64,000 nucleotides of DNA from Pseudomonadota bacterium (GTDB lineage: Bacteria; Desulfobacterota; Desulfobulbia; Desulfobulbales; Desulfocapsaceae). Shown here in pieces: positions 17,855 to 27,745 of the stretch. Made by a program: the position numbers and the translations under genes. Numbering within the stretch: the stretch's first letter is position 1; every line of letters begins with the position of its first letter. Under the pieces are notes generated by a model. The model ran no database searches, was not told where the DNA came from, and saw only the letters and a list, made by a program, of their open reading frames with translations. The stretch lies in assembly GCA_018820855.1 (NCBI GenBank), contig JAHJNL010000044.1, positions 14,808 through 78,807 of the forward strand, given 5' to 3'.

Positions 17855-18614
17855 CTTGGAGCGGGCTCAGGAGATATTTAACAAGATGGGCAGTCCCCAG
17901 CGAAAGAGGATCGCTACTCATGGTGTTCTTGAGCTCTTGAGTCGAGCAGAGTCAATTTTCTGCCTCATTGTTGGCATCATCGTTTCTATCCCTGCTTTTT
18001 TTGAAAAGTGAGAGTTGCGGAACTTTCAAAAAGCTCACTGGTCACAGTTGCTATGGAGAGAGAATGAGGTAGTTGCCTAAATTTACGGACGGCTAACGGC
18101 TTAATATAGACATATGATTAAATACAGTATAGAGAAAAGGTTCGAATAGTCCTGCTTGTCTCGCAGAAATAATGTGGCCTTTACTGGTATTGGAGTTATA
18201 TATTCAGAAAGGGAGTTGTGAGAGAGTAAACTCACGCCAGATGTACTTGAAACTGAGAAAAAATGAGAATAATCAGAGAAAACGACGTTGACACAGCTAG
18301 CGATGAAATGTCACCGATATCGATGTTCTGTTGAGTGAAAAAACAGCAATTCTCTGAACAATTGGATAATGTTGATGATATATTGATTAATTTCAGTCTG
18401 TTTGCAATATATTGCGGGTCGCTCAACTCCACGCCGGAAGAACGGCGGTATACTCTCTGGGTTCATAATGAAAACAATCATTACTTTAATTTTCGTATAC
18501 GTCATGGCCTTCGTCCAGAATGCGTAGGTATATTTTACTTCATGCTGACTATGCAGGACCTGTAGGTAAGCGTTACAAGCAAATAAACGCACACGCCCAA
18601 AGCGAGTCTCTGTA

Positions 18615-19094
18615 ATGTCTGAAAGATATCGAAAATTTTATGATGAGTATAAACATAAACTCTTTAGCTATTTAATATATAAAAGCGGCGATTATGAGGC
18701 TTCCAAAGACATTATGCAGGAAAGTTTTACGCGTCATTTTCAGCATTACGGCCATGATGCCGTTATATCACCGGCATTGCTGTTTACCATTGCCCGTAAT
18801 GCACTTGTTGATCACCAGCGCCAAAATAAAAAATTTTGTATAGCCGAAGATGCGCTCCCACAAGTCGCTGCTGACCAAGAGAACTCATTTATTGCAAAAG
18901 AAGAAACTGACAGGATTTATAATGCGATGAACAGGCTTCCGGAAGAGGACAGGGATATTTTGTCGCTTGCTGTAGGCGGTCTTGTCTATAAAGAAATAGC
19001 TGCAACGTTCGGATTAAGTCTGGCAAACGTTAAGGTAAGGGTGCATCGGGCAAGAAATAAGTTGCGACAGATGATGAAAGACGAGGTGGAATAA
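18615..19094 (+). CDS. ECF-type RNA polymerase sigma factor
   Basis: 159 aa. The region-2-like segment is DIMQESFTRHFQHY and the region-4 HTH is YKEIAATFGLSLANVKVRVHRARNKLRQ. Its stop overlaps the next gene's start (ATAATGG at 19091-19097). Confidence 0.85.
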   Translation: MSERYRKFYDEYKHKLFSYLIYKSGDYEASKDIMQESFTRHFQHYGHDAVISPALLFTIARNALVDHQRQNKKFCIAEDALPQVAADQENSFIAKEETDRIYNAMNRLPEEDRDILSLAVGGLVYKEIAATFGLSLANVKVRVHRARNKLRQMMKDEVE

Positions 19095-19672
19095 TGGATC
19101 ACTTGATCAGCATGTATATTGATAACGAGCTATCCTTGGACGAGAAAATAGATTTTCTCGAACACGTATATGGTAATAAGCCATATAAGGAAGATGCTGT
19201 TGAGTTACTCGAGCAGGAAAAACTGCTGAGTGCCTCACTCAAGATGACAGCTCCGGTCATAGAACTGAAAACCCCGCACGCCAGTATCCTGCCTCTGTTT
19301 AATCGTTCGTTGGGTTGGGCTGTTGCGGCCTGTCTGTTGATGTTGTTCTCCTTCATGGGCAGAGAAGATGTTACTCTGCAAGCTCAAAAAGAATTAACTG
19401 CCCAACCATCAACTGTTCTGCATAGGTTTGTTATCCATCGCCAGAATACTCAGCTGGTTGAAATTACCGGCAGTTTTACGAACTGGCAGAGCGTTCCTCT
19501 TCTTCCCTCTGGTACAAACGGATACTGGGAGATATCACTGGAAGTTCCTGCCGGAGAACACCGCTATACCTTTATTGTCGACGGCTCCAAATTCCTTCCT
19601 GATCCAACTGTGGTCACTCAAGAGTCGGATGATTTTGGCTCGACCAATTCTATTCTCAAAGTGGAGGCCTGA
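19094..19672 (+). CDS. Membrane anti-sigma factor with periplasmic AMPK-beta/CBM48-like carbohydrate-binding domain
   Basis: 192 aa, with an anti-sigma-like N-terminus (MYIDNELSLDEKIDFLEHV) and one TM helix (LGWAVAACLLMLFSF). The C-terminus, VEITGSFTNWQSVPLLPSGTNGYWEISLEVPAGEHRYTFIVDGSKFLPDP, closely resembles the AMPK beta glycogen-binding domain. Confidence 0.75.
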   Translation: MDHLISMYIDNELSLDEKIDFLEHVYGNKPYKEDAVELLEQEKLLSASLKMTAPVIELKTPHASILPLFNRSLGWAVAACLLMLFSFMGREDVTLQAQKELTAQPSTVLHRFVIHRQNTQLVEITGSFTNWQSVPLLPSGTNGYWEISLEVPAGEHRYTFIVDGSKFLPDPTVVTQESDDFGSTNSILKVEA

Positions 19673-19673
19673 A

Positions 19674-20018
19674 ATGAACAACTTCCCTTATCTTATCTTT
19701 CAAGTCTTCGTGCTGTTCCTTGTCCTTTTTACAATGGGATGTGTCAAGCAGCACTCTGTACAAGTTAATGGTGATTCGCTGTCATTTTATTACTGTGATC
19801 CCAATGCAAAAGAGATACTTTTTGCCTCGTCCGCAGATCATTTTCGCTGTCACCCCGCAATTAAAGGGCCTGAAGATGTATGGCAAGTGACAGTGCCTCT
19901 GGAAAAAGAATTTGTCTATTTTTATATTATTGACGGAGAGCTAACCTTGCCAGATTGTCCGGATACTGTATTTGATGATTTCGGTACAAAAAATTGTCTT
20001 TATGTCTCTGGCATGTAA
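19674..20018 (+). CDS. Lipoprotein with a second CBM48/AMPK-beta-like domain
   Basis: The ATG at 19674 lies 2 nt after the upstream stop. It has a signal peptide with a lipobox (LFTMGC). EILFASSADHF...WQVTVPLEKEFVYFYIIDGELTLPDCPDTVFDDFGTKNCL follows the same fold signature. The track ORF starting at 19428 is an out-of-context extension. Confidence 0.65.
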   Translation: MNNFPYLIFQVFVLFLVLFTMGCVKQHSVQVNGDSLSFYYCDPNAKEILFASSADHFRCHPAIKGPEDVWQVTVPLEKEFVYFYIIDGELTLPDCPDTVFDDFGTKNCLYVSGM

Positions 20019-20084
20019 CCTTTTGGGTTGATCTTCGTTTAATAAGTATTACCCAACGATAAGTTTTATTAAGGAGATATAGGA

Positions 20085-21095
20085 ATGGAAAAATTGACGG
20101 GCCTGATTGGTTGCATTTTGCTTGTTTCATCTCATGCTTATGCTGTTGATCTGCCGAACGACGAAAGCACTCAGTTCCAGTTTCAAGAGGAGGTCATAGT
20201 ACAACATCAAGCCCGGGTTGACTCTGACGGCATACCTGCCATGTTGCAGGCTATGCAGCAATACCAGTTCAGGCATGAGAATGTCGTGCGTGTCCGTAGT
20301 ATGATTGAGGATTCGCAACAGCAAGGTCTGCCCGCTGATCCCATGATGCATAAGGTGTATGAAGGGATGGCCAAAAAGATCAAGGAGGAGAATATTGTTC
20401 GGGCGGTCAAACAGGTGCAGGAGAGGTATGAGACTGCTTACCGTCAGGCCAAGACACTTACCAAGGACAGTCAACTGGCCAAACAATTGGGAGAAGTTAT
20501 AGCTGAAGCCTACACAGCCGGTTTGAAGGAAGAGGATTGTGCCCAGATAATGAGTCAACTTCAGGTCAGGGCCAGGACAATAAACATGCAAGAAGCCAAT
20601 GAACTCATGGTGCAGACCATGGCAACTGCTCGTGTCATGGCTCGTCGGGGTGTTGATTCTGCAAGCGCGTCTGATGTTCTTGTAGGTGCCCTGCAGCATG
20701 CTTATCAAGCACGTGAAATGCGCACCCTGCAGAATGTTTTTATAGAGCAGGTCAGATATGGATCTCCCGAAGATGTTGCCCGGGATTTTTCTGTTGAGAT
20801 AGGCCGCAATGTCGATGCTTCGGAGCTCCGTGTGCGCTCAACTGATGGTGGCTTTGGTGGCGGGCAGTCTGGTTCTGGAGCTTCCGGCGGTTCTGGCAGT
20901 TCCGGTGGCTCGGGCGGTTCCGGTGGCTCTGGCGGTTCCGGTGGTTCGGGCGGTTCCGGTGGTTCCGGTGGTTCGGGCGGTTCTTCCGGTGGCTCCGGCG
21001 GCTCGGGCGGTTCCGGCAGTTCCGGTGGTTCCGGTGCCGGTTCCGGTGGTTCCGGTGGTTCCGGTGCCGGTTCCGGCGGCTACGGTGGACGTTAA
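20085..21095 (+). CDS. Secreted helical protein with a C-terminal ~80-aa Gly-Ser repeat tail
   Basis: 336 aa. Signal peptide MEKLTGLIGCILLVSSHAYA, then a Q/E/A-rich helical body I do not recognise, ending in GGFGGGQSGSGASGGSGSSGGSGGSGG...GYGGR. Confidence 0.7.
   Translation: MEKLTGLIGCILLVSSHAYAVDLPNDESTQFQFQEEVIVQHQARVDSDGIPAMLQAMQQYQFRHENVVRVRSMIEDSQQQGLPADPMMHKVYEGMAKKIKEENIVRAVKQVQERYETAYRQAKTLTKDSQLAKQLGEVIAEAYTAGLKEEDCAQIMSQLQVRARTINMQEANELMVQTMATARVMARRGVDSASASDVLVGALQHAYQAREMRTLQNVFIEQVRYGSPEDVARDFSVEIGRNVDASELRVRSTDGGFGGGQSGSGASGGSGSSGGSGGSGGSGGSGGSGGSGGSGGSGGSSGGSGGSGGSGSSGGSGAGSGGSGGSGAGSGGYGGR
20847..21092. repeat. Imperfect tandem 9/18-nt DNA repeat encoding (GGS)n
   Basis: GGCGGTTCCGGTGGYTCB units are iterated many times. 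Shadow ORFs appear on both strands (20752-21102 minus, 20809-21099 plus), as expected for low-complexity repeats. Confidence 0.85.
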
Positions 21096-21386
21096 GTAGC
21101 AAACTGGTTGATCATTACTTGCTTTTCAGAGAGGAGATGCCTCATGCCGCAATGACTGAGTATGGTCACTGTAATCAATGGTATCTTTTTTTTTGGCCAG
21201 GCACTTTTTTTCCAGCCCATTGTCTGGCCAAATATGGTTGGTGAAGAAGTTTATGACATGTGACTGGTACAATTGGACAGTATGATATAGATTCAAGAAC
21301 CGCAGCCATCGCAGCCATGATCATAACTCAGATAGAATAAGCAGGACAGCTATCATATCAGCGACAGACACGGGAAGGCAGTCGTC

Positions 21387-24272
21387 TCAGGCCCTTATGA
21401 CTTCCTCGAGAATCTGGGTGAGTTTCTCCATGGAATAGGGTTTGGAGAGGGTTCCTTGGAATCCGTACTCTTGATATTTTTCCACAACTTGCAGGGTCGG
21501 ATCTCCACTGCAGACGATGGCTTTTGCGTGCGGGTCGAGAACAAGCAGATTCCTCACTGTCTCCTCTCCTCCCATTCCCCCGGGAATAAGGAGGTCCATA
21601 ATCACCACATCATAGGGATTGTTTTTTTGAAGCTCTGCCTGGTACATGCTGAGGGCCTGGGTACCGTCTTTGGCTGAATCAACCTGATAGCCAAGGCCCT
21701 GGATGAGCAGCACTGCCATATTCCTGATCATCTCTTCGTCATCCATCACCAGTATTTTGCCCTTGCTGCCAGCAGCGGTTGCGGCAGCAAGGGTCGATTC
21801 TCCGAGGCACGGGTCTGTCTCTTGTTCCTCCTGGCTGTTTTTTTGTTCCTTGTTGAGCAAACCGCCCAATCCTTCCCTGAATTCCTGGAGCAACCTGTCA
21901 TAGGGTTGCCGGGATTTGGAACGGGCAGCGGTCACAATATTCTGGGCCTTATTTGCCCAGGGAGTAAGTCCACATTGGAGCAAGGTCCCTTTCAGGGTGT
22001 GGACCGAAGCTGCCAGTTGTGAGAAATCGTCTTTTTTAAACGCATCCTCTGCCTTGGTCAGACTGGTAATGATGCTCTCGCATGACATTCGACAGATTGT
22101 ATCCACCTGGTCCTTAGTGAGGTGGGTGGTCTGTTGCAGGTAGTGACGGACCTGTTCAGGCAGCGGCAGCACCTTTTTTTGCGGGGCCGGTGGAGGCTCC
22201 GCTTCGCTACCCAGAAACAGTCTGAGACTTGTCAGTACCTGGTTCGGCAGCAAGGGCTTGGTGAGGTAAACGTCCATGCCTGCTTCCATGCAGAGGTTCC
22301 TGTCTTCGGTCATGGCATGGGCTGTCAGGGCGATAATGGGTAAGTGACGGCCGGTAAGGCGGGAGGCGAGAGACAGGGCAAGATCTTCGGGCAGTCTGTC
22401 TGGTCGCCCCTCGCCCTTTTCAAAGGCACGAATGGTGCGGGTGGCACTCAAACCATCCATGACCGGCATCTGAATATCCATTAACACCGCATCGACATCC
22501 TGATCGGCAAGCAGGGCTAAGGCCTCCATTCCGTCCTCGGCAACAATCACTTGATAGCCAGCATTTTCCAGAGCCATCCGGGCCAATTCCCGATTGGCCT
22601 GATTATCTTCGACCAGTAGAATGCTGCGGGGAAACACCCTGGTGCTGGCACCGGCTGGACCCTCTTCTTCGTTGGCTTCCCGGACCCTTTGCCAGTTTTC
22701 ATTCAGAGAGGGGATTTGGCAATCACGGTATGATTGCAGGCGAACGGTAAAAGAGAAAGTACTGCCTTGTCCTTCTGCACTTTCCACCCACATTTTTCCG
22801 TCCATCAATTCTGTGAGTTTCCTGCTAATGGCAAGTCCCAGGCCGCTCCCGGCATATTGACGGTCATAGGAGTCATCAACCTGCTCAAAGCTGTTGAAGA
22901 TAGCCTCAAGCTTTGCCGCTGAAATGCCTATGCCGGTATCTGTCACCCGGCAACAGAAGGTGCTCATGTCACTGTTCGCCAGGGTCATATCCATGGCGGC
23001 ATGGATGGTAATGGTTCCTTGCTTGGTGAATTTGACAGCATTTCCGACCAGGTTGAGAAGAATCTGACGCAGCCGCGATTCATCGCCGAAAACAACAGCC
23101 GGCAGGTTCGTATCTTCCTGTAGCTGGAGTTTGAGGCCCTTGGCCTGTGCCTCCTGAGCCATACTTGTAACAACAGATTCCAGCAGATCATGGAGAGAGA
23201 AGAGAGAAGGACTTAACAGGAGTTGACCGTCCTCCATCTTGGAAAAATCCAGGAGGTTGTTCAATAGAACAAATAACACATCGGCCGAACTTTTTACGGT
23301 CTGCAGGAAATGGTTCTGCCGGTCGTTCAGGTCTGTATCCAGTGCCAGGCGGGTCATGCCGATAATGGCACTCATCGGTGTCCTGATCTCATGACTCATG
23401 TTGGCCAGAAATTTGGATTTAGCACGGCTGGCGGCCTCGGCGGCCTCTTTTGCCCTCTGCAGCTCATGGGTCCGCTCTTCAACTTTTTTCTCCAGATTCT
23501 CTTGGTATTCTTTGAGTTCGTTTTGGGAGATACGGAGCCGGGAGAGCATGAAATTAAAGCTTTCGGCAAGAATAGTCAGCTCTCGGGTGCCGCTTACCTC
23601 GATTCGGCCGGTTAGGTCGCCTTTAGTGATCTGCTGGATAGCCCGCACTAATCTGTCGAGAGGGGTGGTTATTCTCCTGGTGACGGAAATGGTCAGAAGG
23701 CTGGCCAGCATGGCAATAATCGTGGTTACCAGGATTATCGACCAGATGGCACTATTAATCTCTTGCCTCATGGCCTCTTTGGATAAGACCAGGTTGACGT
23801 AACCGACCAGCTCGGCCTTTTTCGTATCATCCAGGTCGAGTGAGTCAAGGGCGGAGGTATGACTGGTGATGGGCCAGAGGAACTGAATGTTGCTGCCCAT
23901 ATCAAGGACATATTCATCTTGCTCCCTGGCAGATAAGAGGGGACTCATACCCATTGGCACAAAATTTCTGTTATTGCGATTCTCGATGATGATGGATAAG
24001 TCGCGACGCAGCAGAGAAATATAGACGGTTCTTTCATCCTGGGAGGATATGGCCTGTTCGAGGCTTTCCCGATCTTCCGAATAGATTGCATAGACGCTGA
24101 ATTCGGCAATTTGCTGAGCAAGCCTCCTGCCGTCCTCGTGGAGGGCAACAAGCCCATCTGTCCGTCTCTGGTAGACCACAAAGGAAGCAATGGTCACGGC
24201 TGTGAGCAGGACAAGGCTAATTGTCAGAAAATTTAATTTGGCCAATAGACCTATTTTCCTGTTTTTCCCCAT
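21387..24272 (-). CDS. Hybrid sensor histidine kinase (periplasmic sensor-HAMP-HisKA-HATPase-REC-Hpt-REC)
   Basis: 961 aa with two TM helices flanking a ~150-aa periplasmic segment. It has an H-box ([14 protein letters not shown]), a first receiver ([11 protein letters not shown]), an Hpt motif ([12 protein letters not shown]) and a second receiver ([13 protein letters not shown]). Its start overlaps the upstream stop (TAATG at 24272). Confidence 0.9.
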   Translation of the reverse strand: MGKNRKIGLLAKLNFLTISLVLLTAVTIASFVVYQRRTDGLVALHEDGRRLAQQIAEFSVYAIYSEDRESLEQAISSQDERTVYISLLRRDLSIIIENRNNRNFVPMGMSPLLSAREQDEYVLDMGSNIQFLWPITSHTSALDSLDLDDTKKAELVGYVNLVLSKEAMRQEINSAIWSIILVTTIIAMLASLLTISVTRRITTPLDRLVRAIQQITKGDLTGRIEVSGTRELTILAESFNFMLSRLRISQNELKEYQENLEKKVEERTHELQRAKEAAEAASRAKSKFLANMSHEIRTPMSAIIGMTRLALDTDLNDRQNHFLQTVKSSADVLFVLLNNLLDFSKMEDGQLLLSPSLFSLHDLLESVVTSMAQEAQAKGLKLQLQEDTNLPAVVFGDESRLRQILLNLVGNAVKFTKQGTITIHAAMDMTLANSDMSTFCCRVTDTGIGISAAKLEAIFNSFEQVDDSYDRQYAGSGLGLAISRKLTELMDGKMWVESAEGQGSTFSFTVRLQSYRDCQIPSLNENWQRVREANEEEGPAGASTRVFPRSILLVEDNQANRELARMALENAGYQVIVAEDGMEALALLADQDVDAVLMDIQMPVMDGLSATRTIRAFEKGEGRPDRLPEDLALSLASRLTGRHLPIIALTAHAMTEDRNLCMEAGMDVYLTKPLLPNQVLTSLRLFLGSEAEPPPAPQKKVLPLPEQVRHYLQQTTHLTKDQVDTICRMSCESIITSLTKAEDAFKKDDFSQLAASVHTLKGTLLQCGLTPWANKAQNIVTAARSKSRQPYDRLLQEFREGLGGLLNKEQKNSQEEQETDPCLGESTLAAATAAGSKGKILVMDDEEMIRNMAVLLIQGLGYQVDSAKDGTQALSMYQAELQKNNPYDVVIMDLLIPGGMGGEETVRNLLVLDPHAKAIVCSGDPTLQVVEKYQEYGFQGTLSKPYSMEKLTQILEEVIRA

Positions 24273-25228
24273 TATTGAAACACCTCAGCAGCTTCCTGGA
24301 CAAGAGTTGGATCAATGGTCAGCTTCAGATAGTCAGCGGTTTTCATGTTAATGATATAGCGTACTTTATCAGGAGGCGCTGGGGCAATATCTGAAACAGC
24401 GTCTCCCATCAGGATCCGGCAGGTCATTTCCCCGCATTGTCGGCCCAGATCGTGATAATCCCAATCCAGGGCGTAGAGGGCACCTGCCTTGACCCAATAA
24501 CGGGAAAGACCAGCAAAGGGAATACGATTGCGGAAAGTGGAAAGAAGAATCACCTTGGCGGTTTTGCCTGAGTAGACTGTTTGATCAGGCAAGCCAAGCA
24601 ATATATCCGCCTGCCTGCCGACTGAATTGAGAGCTGCGGGCAGTTGCGAGATTGTATCCACAGGCACTCCATAGATCTCGAGTTGGTGTACAGTGGCTGC
24701 TTTCTTGATTTCTGTATACAGAGTACTGTTTTCTTGCGAATTGTAAAGGAGATAGACTCGTTTTGCATTGGGCAGTAATCGTCGTAACCAGTTGAGGTGG
24801 ACTGCCGGTGGAAAATTGAGAAACACCCCTGTGGCCTGCTTTGATTGCTCGAGTATCAGGCCATCGAGGATCATTGTCACCACCTGAGGACGGTCTGGAT
24901 GCACGGTTTGCACTTTCCGGGTCGCCTTGGAACCGAGGGTAAAGAGGACATCAGGCTGGTTATTGTCAATTTTCTGCATGGTTACCAGGTTTTTTGTCGA
25001 ATCTTGTCCAAGAAAAAAGGTATCGATCCTTGCTTCAGGAAACTGATCCTTTACTCGTTTCTTGAATCCCTTGACTGCCTGCAGGTAAGGTTCCAACTGA
25101 GAACTGCTGAGTACTATTATTAACGGTTGGTTCATGGCAGAAACTTCAGGCTCGTTCGCTAAACTCATGATAAGGATCAGGAGCAGGAGGCCCAGGACTG
25201 CAGTCACTATATGAGGCAGGCGTTTCAT
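24272..25228 (-). CDS. Periplasmic ABC-type substrate-binding-like protein (Pfam ABC_sub_bind-like, no cognate permease or ATPase nearby)
   Basis: 318 aa with a signal peptide. [23 protein letters not shown]...[13 protein letters not shown]...[19 protein letters not shown] resembles the PF04392 family as I recall it. Confidence 0.6.
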   Translation of the reverse strand: MKRLPHIVTAVLGLLLLILIMSLANEPEVSAMNQPLIIVLSSSQLEPYLQAVKGFKKRVKDQFPEARIDTFFLGQDSTKNLVTMQKIDNNQPDVLFTLGSKATRKVQTVHPDRPQVVTMILDGLILEQSKQATGVFLNFPPAVHLNWLRRLLPNAKRVYLLYNSQENSTLYTEIKKAATVHQLEIYGVPVDTISQLPAALNSVGRQADILLGLPDQTVYSGKTAKVILLSTFRNRIPFAGLSRYWVKAGALYALDWDYHDLGRQCGEMTCRILMGDAVSDIAPAPPDKVRYIINMKTADYLKLTIDPTLVQEAAEVFQ

Positions 25229-25241
25229 GTCGTGTCCAATG

Positions 25242-27245
25242 CTAAAACAAATAATCTATTTTCAATTTAAAGGTCCGGCCATCCTGCAGGAGCATGTCCT
25301 GACGATGCTCAGCGGAACCTGGAAAGTCATATGCCACGTCGAAGAGGTTATATACCCCTGCTGAAACAGTTACCCCCTCCAGCCAGCTATTACTGACCAG
25401 GATAAGATTCGTTAACAGGGAGTTATCCGTTTCATTTCCAGCCACGGTCTTGCGTCCGCTTTCATATTGAAGCTCCAAGCCTCCATTCAGGATATTGTTT
25501 ACAACCGGGGCCATGACATTAACCTTCACCATATGACGGGGAGAATTGACCAGTCGTTCTCCAGTATCCTTGCTTTCGGCATGCTGATAAGTGTAACTGA
25601 GATTAGTCAAGCAGCCCCTGTTCCATTTTCCTTCAATGGAGAGTTCTGCCCCGTATGCCTCGACATCATCTTGATTGTCGAAATAGAAGAGTCCGTCATC
25701 GGGGTCCAGTGTATAGGCAATAAGGCCTTCGATTTCATTTTTATACAGAGAAACAGCGCTACGCAGATTTCTGTTGAGTTGCTGCTCCCAGATAAACTCG
25801 ATGGATTCAATGGTCTCCGGATCGATGTTGGTATTGGGTTTGGCAGTGTTATAGCCATCATGATAGTAGAGTTCATAGGTACTGGGAGCGCGAAAGGCTT
25901 TGCCGTACAAAAATTTCAGTGATGTCTCGGGAAAGAGGGAATAGATCAGTGCCACCCGCGGGTTCGTTGTTCCACCGAAACTGTCATAGTTGTCATGGCG
26001 CAGGCCAATGTTAAAAAGGAGATTGTCCAGCAACGTCCATTCATCCTGGAAGAAGAGGGCCCAGGTGTCGATATCCGGCTGAGAGTCGAGCCAGAGGTCA
26101 TATCGGTCATATGTTTTCTGCTCCTGTTTGAGAGACCCGCGGTATTCTCCCCCCAACGTAAGGCGGTGGCTTTCGAAGAAATGACGGGAAACATGAAGTT
26201 CAGTGCCCCACCACTCGCCGATGTCACGATCTTTTAACGTCACGATTTCAGACGGCGGGCCATAATCGTAGAGGTAGTCACCGTCATACCAGTAATTGTC
26301 ATAAAAGAGGCGAGCGGCGATTTCCATACCACTCTCGTGTAAATGCTGATAGTTGAGGTCAACAAACCAGTGTCCGTCCCAGGTACGGGTTTCGGAATTA
26401 TTGAATTCAACGTCCCAAGGGGCTGTGGGGATACCCTTTTCCCTGTCTGCATAAAGGGACTCAAGAGTGAAGTCACCAGATGACAGACGGAAAAAGAGGT
26501 TGTTAAACTGGTCATCATCACCTTCTTCAGCCACACCGTTGTTGGTCGTGGGATCATCAAACTCCTTGTAATAGAGGTCTGTTCGGCCCTGACTGTCATA
26601 ATAGCTGCCCGACAGAAGCAATTCCAGGCCGTTTTGATACCGTTTGCCATAGCTCAGACGGCCCTGGTAACTCCTGTGACTGCCGACAGCGACCGAGGTT
26701 TCGAGCCCGTCAAGGTCGCGGCCTTTTTTGGTTATGACATTAACGACACCGAAAAAGGCATTGCTGCCATAGAGTGAAGAGCTGGGCCCACGCACCACCT
26801 CGACCCGGTCAATCAGGTCGAGATCAAGGATAAAGGCGGTGTCGGCATAAACACTGTCAAAGATATTGTCGTTGATGCGGTGCCCATTCACCAGCATAAG
26901 GATACGGGTGTTATAATCCCCGGGAATTCCGAAACCCCGTACTCCAACATAGCTGTAATTGTTGTCGTATGAGATGTAGAAACCGGGCAGACTGCGGAGG
27001 ATGTCGGCAAAGGTGCGGTAGCCGTAACGCTGAATCTCCTCCTGGGTGACAATACTGATCCTGGCCGGGGCGTCGCTGATCTTCTGCTCATATTTGGAGG
27101 CAGTATAAACAGAGGAAATGTCTTGAAAGAGGAGTTCCTCTTCAGCACTGACCAAAAATTGTGGATCCGGCACAGCTTGTGCAGGGCCGGATTGGCTGCA
27201 GATAACTGTGGCCAGAGAAAGGAACGAAAGGATAAGCTTTTTCAT
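25242..27245 (-). CDS. TonB-dependent outer-membrane receptor
   Basis: Signal peptide MKKLILSFLSLATVICSQSGPAQA, plug-domain motifs (DAPARISIVTQEEIQRYGYRTFADILRSLPGFY, SSLYGSNAFFGVVNVITK) and a C-terminal aromatic residue (KIDYLF). The ATG at complement 27243-27245 has RBS GGGGAG. The track start at 27287 is an extension. Confidence 0.9.
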   Translation of the reverse strand: MKKLILSFLSLATVICSQSGPAQAVPDPQFLVSAEEELLFQDISSVYTASKYEQKISDAPARISIVTQEEIQRYGYRTFADILRSLPGFYISYDNNYSYVGVRGFGIPGDYNTRILMLVNGHRINDNIFDSVYADTAFILDLDLIDRVEVVRGPSSSLYGSNAFFGVVNVITKKGRDLDGLETSVAVGSHRSYQGRLSYGKRYQNGLELLLSGSYYDSQGRTDLYYKEFDDPTTNNGVAEEGDDDQFNNLFFRLSSGDFTLESLYADREKGIPTAPWDVEFNNSETRTWDGHWFVDLNYQHLHESGMEIAARLFYDNYWYDGDYLYDYGPPSEIVTLKDRDIGEWWGTELHVSRHFFESHRLTLGGEYRGSLKQEQKTYDRYDLWLDSQPDIDTWALFFQDEWTLLDNLLFNIGLRHDNYDSFGGTTNPRVALIYSLFPETSLKFLYGKAFRAPSTYELYYHDGYNTAKPNTNIDPETIESIEFIWEQQLNRNLRSAVSLYKNEIEGLIAYTLDPDDGLFYFDNQDDVEAYGAELSIEGKWNRGCLTNLSYTYQHAESKDTGERLVNSPRHMVKVNVMAPVVNNILNGGLELQYESGRKTVAGNETDNSLLTNLILVSNSWLEGVTVSAGVYNLFDVAYDFPGSAEHRQDMLLQDGRTFKLKIDYLF

Positions 27246-27509
27246 ACGGAGTCTCCCCTTACTCGATGAAAAATTGGATGGCGGCATCTCTCACAATATT
27301 CTTCAATGGATACGGCTAGTATTTGTATATACTGTCGACTAGGGACAAGACTAATAAAGTTACAAACTTCCCAATTATAGTTTTTTCTACGCTTGTCAGA
27401 TAAGATGACGAATTAAGGAGGCGCTTTATAGCTTACAGTGACGTTAGCGTCTCTTGTAACCCGTTATTAGCGGCCCGGGAACGCTCCAGGCTTCTAGGGG
27501 ACCAATTGA

Positions 27510-27538
27510 AGTATCGCAAACAGCGAGTCGGAAGTCAA
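27510..27538 (-). promoter_or_regulatory. Candidate sigma70 promoter for the TonB-receptor operon
   Basis: The minus strand reads TTGACT (complement of 27533-27538), a 17-nt spacer, then GATACT (complement of 27510-27515). This would give a leader of roughly 250 nt. Confidence 0.3.
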
Positions 27539-27745
27539 TAGCTACTCGATTGCCTGGGAAAAGTGTCGCACTGTTGCCAGTTTCAGCTGAGCTGCGCTAC
27601 GAAGAGAAGGGGCGATGACCGGCATGAACAGAGGGATACATTCAATACAGCAGGAGCTACAAAGGATTGGCAGTATATGAAGAAAGCGGAGGAGAAAGGG
27701 GGCTGACAGAAGCCATTCCCCTTTCTCTGTGAGACGGGCTATGGA

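Noticed and set aside
18135-18165. tRNA-like T-loop string GGTTCGAAT
   Set aside because: The flanking bases cannot form a T-stem, an acceptor stem or the rest of a cloverleaf. It is probably a chance match in AT-rich DNA, although a decayed tRNA or att remnant cannot be excluded without a search.
18232-18592. Three short overlapping ORFs in the AT-rich stretch before the ECF sigma gene
   Set aside because: They overlap one another on both strands, are AT-rich, and have no motifs or RBS. This is probably a non-coding or decayed region.
20847-21092. Possible CRISPR-like array
   Set aside because: The period is 9/18 nt with no unique spacers, it lies inside a coding frame, and no cas genes are nearby. 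It is a coding low-complexity repeat.
20752-21102. ORFs on both strands rich in HRN/PV repeats across the Gly-Ser repeat
   Set aside because: They are artefacts of translating the GGS-encoding tandem repeat in other frames. The plus-strand frame that continues from a signal-peptide protein is the plausible one.
27300-27700. Cobalamin or TPP riboswitch, or Fur box, upstream of the TonB-dependent receptor
   Set aside because: On the correct (minus) strand I found no B12 box (AGYCMGGAGACCKGCC-like) with a GGTGNAANTCC core. I found no CTGAGA thi-box. The only Fur-like string was weak (TCATCTTATC).
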